Shown piece after piece: positions 17,611-24,000 of a stretch of 24,000 bases of DNA. The translations under genes were made by a program, and so were the position numbers. Each line of letters begins with the position of its first letter. The stretch's first letter is position 1. The notes under the pieces are model-generated. The model did no database searches. It was not told where the DNA came from and worked only from the letters and a program-made list of their open reading frames with translations. Source of the stretch: Candidatus Petromonas tenebris (GTDB lineage: Bacteria; Bacillota; Clostridia; Peptostreptococcales; Caminicellaceae); NCBI GenBank assembly GCA_014236755.1, contig JACCKY010000011.1, positions 6,467-30,466 of the forward strand, in the 5' to 3' direction.

Positions 17611-18818
17611 CCGTAACAGAACTAAGCAGTTATTTAAAAAGGATACTGATAAACGATCCTATATTAAATAACCTATCTATAAAAGGAGAAATATCAAATT
17701 TTAAACTTCACAATAGTGGTCATGCTTATTTTTCAATAAAGGACTCAGACAGTAAACTGAAATGTGTAATGTTTCATAGTGATTTTAAAAAGTTAGCTTT
17801 CCTGCCCCAGAATGGGATGAAGGTAATAGTTAAAGGCTATATATCTATATATGAAAGAAACGGTGAGTATCAATTATATGTAAGCGATTTAAAGGAAGAA
17901 GGAATTGGGGATTTGTATTTAGCTTTTACAAAGTTAAAAGACAAGCTTGGCAAGGAAGGATATTTCGATGAGGAAAATAAGAAAAGAATACCTTTTTTTC
18001 CAAAGAAAATTGGAGTAATAACTTCACCAACAGGAGCAGCAATAAGAGACGTTATTTCGGTAATTACCAGAAGAAATAATTATGTTGATATTTTAGTTTA
18101 TCCTGTTTTAGTCCAAGGTGATAGGGCAAGTATTCAAATTGCTGAAGGAATACGTAAATTAAATAGTATAGATGATATAGATTTGATTATTTTGACAAGA
18201 GGTGGGGGGGCTATAGAAGAACTTTGGCCATTTAATGAAGAAATAGTAGCCAAAAGCATCTTTCTTTCACGAAAGCCTGTTATTTCAGCAGTTGGACATG
18301 AAACAGACTTTACCATATCAGATTTTGTAGCAGATTTAAGGGCTCCTACGCCATCTGCTGCCGGGGAGCTGGCGGTTCCGACTATCCATGAAATCAAAGA
18401 TACTTTAGAGTATATGCAAAACAGTCTTAAAACTAATCTAATAAGTCAAGTAAGAAATTATCAAAGCATATTAAATAACTATGGTGAAAATAGGATGAAA
18501 AAATATTTGCTTTTTAAAATAAAGAAAGAGCAGCAAACGATAGACTACTTGCATACTAACATGAGTAGAACGTTGAATAAAAAAACAGAAATATTAAAGG
18601 AAATGCTACATGCTTTAGGTGATAATCTAAACAGTTTAAGTCCTCTTTCAACAATTTCAAGAGGTTATGCCATATTACAAAATGAAAAGCGAGATACAAC
18701 TATAACCGATATTGAAGAGGTGAAATTAGGAGATAAGGTTAATGTATTGCTTAAAAATGGATTATTAAAATGTAATGTTGAAAATATAGAGAAAGGGGAA
18801 GGATTATTTGGTAGATAA
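17592..18818 (+). CDS. xseA: Exodeoxyribonuclease VII large subunit
   Basis: N-terminal OB fold (LTVTELSSYLKRIL..L..L.IKGEISNFK.H.SGH.YFSIKD) and catalytic core GVITSPTGAAIRD. ATG at 17592 gives the typical N-terminus. The upstream in-frame ATG at 17580 lies only 1 nt after GGAGG, so it is less likely. Confidence 0.88.
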   Translation: MRIKTLTVTELSSYLKRILINDPILNNLSIKGEISNFKLHNSGHAYFSIKDSDSKLKCVMFHSDFKKLAFLPQNGMKVIVKGYISIYERNGEYQLYVSDLKEEGIGDLYLAFTKLKDKLGKEGYFDEENKKRIPFFPKKIGVITSPTGAAIRDVISVITRRNNYVDILVYPVLVQGDRASIQIAEGIRKLNSIDDIDLIILTRGGGAIEELWPFNEEIVAKSIFLSRKPVISAVGHETDFTISDFVADLRAPTPSAAGELAVPTIHEIKDTLEYMQNSLKTNLISQVRNYQSILNNYGENRMKKYLLFKIKKEQQTIDYLHTNMSRTLNKKTEILKEMLHALGDNLNSLSPLSTISRGYAILQNEKRDTTITDIEEVKLGDKVNVLLKNGLLKCNVENIEKGEGLFGR

Positions 18819-19062
18819 CAAAGAGCCAGCTGGAGAAAAGACCTTTGAATCCAATCTGAATAGATTAAAAGAACTTGTGAGTGTCCTTGAAGAGGGAAAT
18901 CTTTCCTTAGAGGAGTCCCTAAAATTTTTTGAAGAAGGAATCAGGATTTATAGAGAGTGCAATGAAGTTTTAAATAAAGCTGAACAAAAAATTACACTGT
19001 TATTATCTGAAGATAATGATGTGGCAAGAGAAGTGCCCTTTAGCATAGAAGAGGAGGAGTAG
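18808..19062 (+). CDS. xseB: Exodeoxyribonuclease VII small subunit
   Basis: 84 aa. FESNLNRLKELVSVLEEGNLSLEESLKFFEEGIRIYRECNEVL is the XseB signature. TTG start overlaps the xseA end by 11 nt. Confidence 0.85.
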   Translation: MVDNKEPAGEKTFESNLNRLKELVSVLEEGNLSLEESLKFFEEGIRIYRECNEVLNKAEQKITLLLSEDNDVAREVPFSIEEEE

Positions 19063-19063
19063 T

Positions 19064-19954
19064 ATGGATTTCAAAAATAAACTTTTGACAAAAAAGAAAA
19101 AAGTTGATGAGGTATTAAAACAGTACTTTCCTCCCAAAACTAGTTTGCATAAGACCATATTTGAATCTATGTCTTATAGTATCAATGCAGGCGGCAAAAG
19201 ATTGAGACCTATACTGGCATTGGAAGTATGTGAAATGTTAGGAGGAAAAACTGAAGATGTGATGCCTTTTGCATGTGCTATAGAAATGATTCATACATAT
19301 TCTTTGATTCATGACGATTTGCCTGCTATGGATGACGATGACTATAGAAGGGGTAAACCCACAAATCACAGGGTGTATGGTGAAGGAATTGCTGTCTTAG
19401 CAGGAGATGCTTTGCTTAACTTGGCATTTGAAATTATGCTGGGTAAAATAATCAGCTATGATTTTGGAGACAACAGAGGGATAAGGGCTGCATATGAGAT
19501 TGCCAAGGCTGCAGGAGTCAACGGGATGATTGGTGGACAGGTAGTAGATTTAGAGTCCGAGGGAAAAAAGGTTTCCAAAGAAACTTTAGAATTCATACAT
19601 TTACACAAGACTTCTGCACTGATAGAAGCTTCGGTAAAAGCAGGAGCAATAATAGGAGGGGCATCGAAAGAGGAGTACAAGGCCTTAGAAGATTATGCCA
19701 GATCTATAGGGTTAGCTTTTCAGGTGGTAGATGATATACTTGATGTAATAGGAAATGAAGAAAAACTTGGGAAAAAGGTAGGCAGTGATATGCAAAAGGA
19801 TAAATCTACCTATCCTTCATTATATGGGATAGAAAAATCAAAAGAAATAGCAAAGAATTTAATAACTCGAAGTTTGGAGGTATTGGAAGTATTTGATGAT
19901 AGAGCGAACTTTTTAAGGGAATTATCAAAGTATCTAGCAATTAGAGAAAATTAA
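19064..19954 (+). CDS. ispA: Farnesyl/geranyl diphosphate synthase (short-chain polyprenyl synthase)
   Basis: GGKRLRP, first Asp-rich motif LIHDDLPAMDDDDYRRGKPT and second motif FQVVDDILD. Confidence 0.9.
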   Translation: MDFKNKLLTKKKKVDEVLKQYFPPKTSLHKTIFESMSYSINAGGKRLRPILALEVCEMLGGKTEDVMPFACAIEMIHTYSLIHDDLPAMDDDDYRRGKPTNHRVYGEGIAVLAGDALLNLAFEIMLGKIISYDFGDNRGIRAAYEIAKAAGVNGMIGGQVVDLESEGKKVSKETLEFIHLHKTSALIEASVKAGAIIGGASKEEYKALEDYARSIGLAFQVVDDILDVIGNEEKLGKKVGSDMQKDKSTYPSLYGIEKSKEIAKNLITRSLEVLEVFDDRANFLRELSKYLAIREN

Positions 19955-19971
19955 ATTAAGGAGGAAATTAA

Positions 19972-20415
19972 GTGACATACTTAAAAGAGGTTTTTAACAA
20001 TGATGTTTTTAATGTATCGCTTACCTCCTGGTTTATAGCACAGACATTAAAGGTAATTATTACACTGCTAACTCAAAAGAAGCTAAACTTATATAGATTC
20101 GTAGGTTCTGGTGGAATGCCTAGTTCTCATTCTTCTATGGTAATGGGACTATCTACCGCTGTAGGCCTTAAAACTGGATGGTCATCTATACAATACGGTT
20201 TATCTTTAGTTTTTGCACTAATTGTTATGTATGATGCTTCTGGAGTAAGACGTGCAGTAGGAAAACAGGCAATTATATTAAATAAAATATTAGAGGACAA
20301 GCAAAAGCATAAACATATTGGAGAGGGGCGTCTCAAGGAACTAGTAGGTCATACCCCTGTTGAGGTATTTGCTGGTGCATTGCTGGGCATATTAATTGCC
20401 AATATTATGATTTGA
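19972..20415 (+). CDS. Divergent PAP2-family membrane protein (DUF212/YuiD-like, acid phosphatase/haloperoxidase-related)
   Basis: 147 aa, multi-TM. GGMPSSHSSMV and YDASGVRR..G...L..L.GHTP.EV..GA.LG are the family motifs. GTG start after AGGAGG. Confidence 0.75.
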   Translation: MTYLKEVFNNDVFNVSLTSWFIAQTLKVIITLLTQKKLNLYRFVGSGGMPSSHSSMVMGLSTAVGLKTGWSSIQYGLSLVFALIVMYDASGVRRAVGKQAIILNKILEDKQKHKHIGEGRLKELVGHTPVEVFAGALLGILIANIMI

Positions 20416-20440
20416 AAAACCAATTAATATATGTTATAAT
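20412..20440 (+). promoter_or_regulatory. Near-consensus sigma-A promoter with extended -10, driving the structured RNA
   Basis: -35 TTGAAA (20412-20417, overlapping the PAP2 stop codon TGA), exact 17-nt spacer, TGt + TATAAT (20432-20440). Predicted start at about 20447. Confidence 0.6.
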
Positions 20441-20746
20441 ATCTTTCACACTTGAGGGGTGCAGTATTCTAGTCAGAGCTGCTAATTCTGAAGGCGGGGC
20501 TAAAAATCCGTCAAAGGGCACATCGATGAAGTTCCTGGTACTGGCTTGTGACGCCCAGTCAGGGGTTGGTGCTGGGAGTAAGGATTAGGGGGCGATCCAC
20601 AATGGCATGTGGGCGATGACCCTCTATCCGTGGAGACCTAAATTAACATCAGCTGTTGATTTAGGATTAACCTGCAGTGTGGTGGTTCGTCTGCTACATG
20701 CAGTGTAGCCTGCCTTGAGTGGAATAGGTGGATGAATAAGATTCTG

Positions 20747-20776
20747 CTTTTATACTATGGGCCCATAGTATAAAAG
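20747..20776. repeat. Perfect 30-nt palindrome (15-bp arms, GGGCCC centre) inside the RNA
   Basis: CTTTTATACTATGGG|CCCATAGTATAAAAG. The second half is the exact reverse complement of the first. Confidence 0.95.
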
Positions 20777-21036
20777 TATTGCTATTCTAAACCTATTCTG
20801 CAAAAGAGGCTAGGAATTAGCGTGCCTGTCGAGGAAAACTCCTAGACTGTTCCATTATGGAGGTATATTAAGGATTACAGTGCGGACTTAGTGGTAATCT
20901 AGTTTTATATTTGGCGACAATATAAATACGGGTTTAAAGGGAAACCGCTGATCTGGCGACAGAACAGTACTCGTATGGGAAATCCTACTAGACCTAAGCC
21001 GCAAAGTTTACTTAATATACTACCCTCGAGTGAGAT

Positions 21037-21067
21037 ATACTGATGGCTTTTGCTATCAGTATTTTTA
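21037..21067 (+). terminator. Terminator-like hairpin at the 3' end of the structured RNA
   Basis: ATACTGATGGC (21037-21047) / GCTATCAGTAT (21052-21062) forms 11 bp with one G-U pair, loop TTTT, then TTTTTA. The short U-tract suggests a partial terminator or processing/stability hairpin. Confidence 0.5.
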
Positions 21068-21121
21068 TAATATAGGGAAACTTTACTTCCTATAACTATA
21101 AAGAAATAGACTAAGGTGTGT

Positions 21122-21769
21122 ATGAACTTGAAAGAAAATGACCGAAAAAATAATAGAATAATTAGGTTTATAAAAAATTTTAAAAGGTATAATACTAAAT
21201 GGGTCATTAATATAACAATATTAACATTTGGATTAGCAATAGCTATAAGCTTTATTTCTGAAGCATTACTCAGAAATGTTTCAATATATATAGCCTTTGT
21301 AGTTTTAATTGTTATAGTGTTTATAGGAATACTATTTGATTTGATTGGAATTGCTGTAGCTACAGCTAAAGAAAAACCTTTTAACGCAATGGCATCAAAG
21401 AAAATTCATGGTGCCAGGTATGCAATAAAGCTGATTAAAAATGCTGGTCCCGTATCAAATTTCTGCAATGATGTTATTGGAGACATAGCCGGTATAATTA
21501 GTGGAGCTGCGGGAGCAATAATATTAATACAAATAAGTGAGATTTATGATAATATTAATACAGCTGTATTTAGTATAATACTGAGCGGGATAGTAGCTGC
21601 CATAACTGTTGGAGGGAAGGCTTTAGGAAAGGAAATAGCCTTAAGAAATTCCAAGGAAATAGTTTTTTTTGTAGCTAAAATATTATTTTGGCTTAATGCG
21701 AAACTAAGAATAGACATACTTCCTGAAATTAAAAGAAAGCAGAAATTTGGAAAAGATAAAAGAAAGTGA
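21122..21769 (+). CDS. oapA: OLE-associated membrane protein OapA candidate
   Basis: About 215 aa with a basic N-terminus, four hydrophobic segments (about aa 31-52, 56-82, 120-140 and 148-168 of the listed ORF) and a lysine-rich tail. A DxxxD motif (NDVIGD, 21470-21484) lies at the start of TM3. The gene is immediately downstream of the RNA and upstream of dxs. ATG at 21122 lies behind AAGG; the in-frame GTG at 21116 is the alternative. Confidence 0.7.
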   Translation: MNLKENDRKNNRIIRFIKNFKRYNTKWVINITILTFGLAIAISFISEALLRNVSIYIAFVVLIVIVFIGILFDLIGIAVATAKEKPFNAMASKKIHGARYAIKLIKNAGPVSNFCNDVIGDIAGIISGAAGAIILIQISEIYDNINTAVFSIILSGIVAAITVGGKALGKEIALRNSKEIVFFVAKILFWLNAKLRIDILPEIKRKQKFGKDKRK

Positions 21770-21780
21770 GATGAATACAC

Positions 21781-23667
21781 TTGGATAATTTACTTTCAAA
21801 AATTAATGGACCATATGATTTAAAAAACATGAGTCATATAGAACTAAGAAGGCTAGCCAGGGAGATCAGACAGTTTTTGATAGAAAATGTTTCTATTACC
21901 GGTGGACATATAGCTTCAAATTTAGGAGTAGTTGAGTTAACCTTGGCACTTCATAGTGTATTTGATAGTCCAAAGGATAAAATTATATGGGATGTCGGAC
22001 ATCAATGCTATGTACATAAAATTTTAACAGGAAGGCGGAATAAGTTTGACTCTTTAAGGCAGTTTAAAGGATTGAGTGGGTTTCCAAAACGTAAGGAAAG
22101 TGATCATGATGTTTTTGAAACGGGACACAGTAGTACGTCAATTTCTGCAGGATTAGGTATGGCTGTTGCAAGAGACTTAAAGGGTGAAAAGTACTCAGTT
22201 ATATCTGTTATTGGAGACGGAGCCTTAACAGGAGGTATGGCCTTCGAAGCAATGAACCATGCAGGACATTCTAAAACGGATCTTATAGTAATTTTAAACG
22301 ATAATGAGATGTCTATATCTCAAAATGTTGGGGGGCTGTCAAAGTATTTAAATAGACTTCGAACAGATCCAACATATTTTAGAGTAAAGGATGATGTAGA
22401 GGCTATTCTCAGTAGAATTCCTGCCATAGGAAAGTCAGTAGTTAAGACTGCCCATAGGGCAAAGGATACAATAAAATATTTTTTTGTGTCTGGAATAATA
22501 TTTGAGGAAATAGGATTTACTTATTTAGGACCAGTGGATGGTCATAATATCAAGGAAGTGACAGAGATATTAAATAGAGCTAAGAAGATTAAGGGTCCTG
22601 TTTTAATCCATGCAATCACAAAGAAAGGAAAAGGTTATTGGTTTGCGGAAAAATATCCTGATAAGTTTCATGGAATAGGACCATTTGATATTGAAACAGG
22701 TGAAAAGTTAAAAAACAGAAAAAATAAAACCTACTCTCAAATTTTTGGAGAAACTTTGGTTGAGTTGGCATCCGATAATCCGGATATTGTTGCAATAACG
22801 GCAGCTATGCCTTTAGGGACGGGTTTAAATGAATTTGCTGAAAAATTTCCTGAAAGATTTTTTGATGTAGGAATAGCAGAACAGCATGCTGTAACCTTTG
22901 CGGCAGGTTTGGCTGCAAATGGACTTCGACCTGTTTTTGCAGTATATTCTACTTTTTTGCAGCGGGGATTTGACCAAGTCATTCATGATGTATGTTTGCA
23001 GAATTTACCTGTTGTCTTTGCAATTGATAGAGCAGGAATAGTCGGGCAGGATGGGGAAACACATCATGGAATTTTTGATCTTTCATATTTAGGTTGTATA
23101 CCGAATTTAAAAATTCTTGCTCCAAAGGATGGAAATGAGTTAAAGAAAATGATTAAGTATGCTTTTGATCAAAATAGTCCTATAGCAATAAGGTATCCTC
23201 GCGGAGAAAGTGAAAATATAAATTCAGGAAAAAATTTAACTGATATATGTAATGAGAAAGCAGAAATAATATTATCTAAAGGACAGGATTTATGTATTAT
23301 TGCTGCAGGTAAAATGGTTTCAGAAGCAATTAAAATAGCTGATATTTTGTTAGGACAAAATATTAAGAGCACGGTGTTAAATGCGAGATTTTTAAAACCA
23401 ATAGATGAGGAGACTATATTATCTAGTATAAAAGATATTGAAAACATAGTAACATTAGAGGATAATGTTACTATAGGAGGATTTGGCAGTAGAATTCTAG
23501 AAGTTTTAAATAAAAATAATATTAAAAATAAAAAAATTAAGATCTTTGGTTTTCCAGACAAGTTTATTGAACATGGAAATACGAAAATACTGTTTAAATA
23601 TCATAACTTGGATGTGAAAGCTATAGCGGAAGAAATTTTAAAACTAATAGACAAACAAGGAGAATAA
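21781..23667 (+). CDS. dxs: 1-deoxy-D-xylulose-5-phosphate synthase
   Basis: 628 aa with GGH.ASNLGVVELT.ALH, WDVGHQCY.HK, the TPP motif GDGALTGGMAFEA..H and IAEQHAVTFAAGLA. TTG start gives the typical (M)..LL.KI..P.DLK N-terminus. Confidence 0.95.
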   Translation: MDNLLSKINGPYDLKNMSHIELRRLAREIRQFLIENVSITGGHIASNLGVVELTLALHSVFDSPKDKIIWDVGHQCYVHKILTGRRNKFDSLRQFKGLSGFPKRKESDHDVFETGHSSTSISAGLGMAVARDLKGEKYSVISVIGDGALTGGMAFEAMNHAGHSKTDLIVILNDNEMSISQNVGGLSKYLNRLRTDPTYFRVKDDVEAILSRIPAIGKSVVKTAHRAKDTIKYFFVSGIIFEEIGFTYLGPVDGHNIKEVTEILNRAKKIKGPVLIHAITKKGKGYWFAEKYPDKFHGIGPFDIETGEKLKNRKNKTYSQIFGETLVELASDNPDIVAITAAMPLGTGLNEFAEKFPERFFDVGIAEQHAVTFAAGLAANGLRPVFAVYSTFLQRGFDQVIHDVCLQNLPVVFAIDRAGIVGQDGETHHGIFDLSYLGCIPNLKILAPKDGNELKKMIKYAFDQNSPIAIRYPRGESENINSGKNLTDICNEKAEIILSKGQDLCIIAAGKMVSEAIKIADILLGQNIKSTVLNARFLKPIDEETILSSIKDIENIVTLEDNVTIGGFGSRILEVLNKNNIKNKKIKIFGFPDKFIEHGNTKILFKYHNLDVKAIAEEILKLIDKQGE

Positions 23668-23668
23668 T

Positions 23669-24000
23669 ATGAGTGGCAAACAGAGAATAGATTTATTGTT
23701 GGTTCAAAAGGGCTTTTTCGATTCGCGGGAGAAAGCTAAAAAGGCCCTTATGTCAGGAATGGTATTTGTTGATAATAATTTAATAGATAAGCCAGGTACA
23801 AAGGTTGAAACTAATGCAAATATTAAAATAAAAGGAGGAATACCCTACGTAAGCAGGGGAGGGTTTAAGCTGGAAAAAGCAATTGAAAATTTTAAATTGG
23901 ATTTATCAGGTAAGATCACCATGGATGTAGGTGCTTCTACAGGGGGTTTTACAGATTGTATGCTGCAAAATGGAGCTAAAAAAGTGTATGCTATTGATGT
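23669..24000 (+). CDS. tlyA: TlyA-family rRNA 2'-O-methyltransferase (S4 domain + FtsJ-like), 3' end outside the window
   Basis: [36 protein letters not shown].. (S4-like), [12 protein letters not shown] and the SAM motif [26 protein letters not shown]. ATG lies 1 nt after the dxs stop, and the frame is open to the window end. Confidence 0.85.
   Translation, partial: [110 protein letters not shown]

Larger units (their letters stand above)
20447..21067 (+). ncRNA. ole: OLE (ornate, large, extremophilic) RNA candidate
   Basis: The 700-nt gap has no plus-strand ORF of 66 aa or more and is markedly G+C-richer than its flanks. It has many hairpins plus a 10-bp helix pairing 20449-20458 with 21023-21032. 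It sits on the operon strand between ispA/PAP2 and a 4-TM protein gene followed by dxs and tlyA, which is the documented OLE/oapA context. Length about 620 nt. Ends are approximate, taken from the promoter and the 3' hairpin. Not verified against the consensus model. Confidence 0.75.

Noticed and set aside
20416-21115. Alternative identities for the 700-nt gap: riboswitch/T-box leader for dxs, RNase P RNA, tmRNA, group II intron, CRISPR leader/array, decayed pseudogene
   Set aside because: It is too long for a riboswitch or T-box. It has no direct-repeat array, no GUGYG 5' end and no intron-encoded ORF. The genomic context (ispA ... 4-TM gene, dxs, tlyA) is specific for OLE. A decayed gene would not be G+C-richer than its neighbours or closed by a terminal helix. 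This is not formally excluded without a covariance-model search.
20905-21207. 100-aa minus-strand ORF overlapping the 3' part of the structured RNA and the oapA start
   Set aside because: It has no RBS context and a low-complexity, hydrophobic translation. It lies antisense to a well-supported RNA and CDS, so it is most simply a chance ORF.
536-23561. About 25 minus-strand ORFs of 66-206 aa listed in the ORF track (e.g. 11237-11614, 14255-14737, 16896-17516, 23169-23561)
   Set aside because: Every one lies fully antisense inside a plus-strand gene with clear family motifs. Their translations are Ser/Ile/Phe/Leu-rich low-complexity sequence, typical of antisense frames in AT-rich coding DNA.
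1-24000. Defence systems, prophage/IS elements, CRISPR arrays, toxin-antitoxin pairs, tRNA/rRNA genes
   Set aside because: I found no transposase, integrase or recombinase motifs, no repeat-spacer periodicity, no tRNA-like cloverleaf regions in the short intergenic spacers, and no small overlapping gene pairs. The window reads as a conserved core-genome operon block.

Overview
AT-rich chromosomal core segment of a spore-forming Firmicute (Clostridia-like). All credible genes are on the + strand and tightly packed. In order, the window holds: (1) three large secreted or unknown proteins, the first running off the 5' edge with a PilX-N-like motif, then a copper-amine-oxidase N-domain protein, then a LamG-like plus 3x FN3 protein, followed by a ComFB-family gene; (2) aroK, a disrupted aroQ, an M24 Xaa-Pro peptidase, efp and an acidic zinc-ribbon protein; (3) a complete spoIIIAA-AH sporulation channel operon; (4) asp23, then nusB, a TsaD/Kae1-like paralog, folD, xseA, xseB, ispA, a divergent PAP2 gene, a 700-nt ORF-free G+C-rich gap, a small 4-TM protein, dxs and tlyA (3'-truncated). 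The standout is the gap at 20416-21115. Its size, dense hairpins, a long-range closing helix and its position (ispA ... gap, 4-TM protein gene, dxs, tlyA) match the known OLE (ornate, large, extremophilic) RNA and its partner OapA. That makes it a known but enigmatic RNP class rather than a new one, and ORF-based annotation would miss it. Second most notable is aroQ, inactivated by two perfect 8-bp tandem duplications plus a probable 1-nt loss in an A-run. I see no CRISPR array, mobile element, rRNA/tRNA or recognisable defence system. All minus-strand ORFs look spurious.
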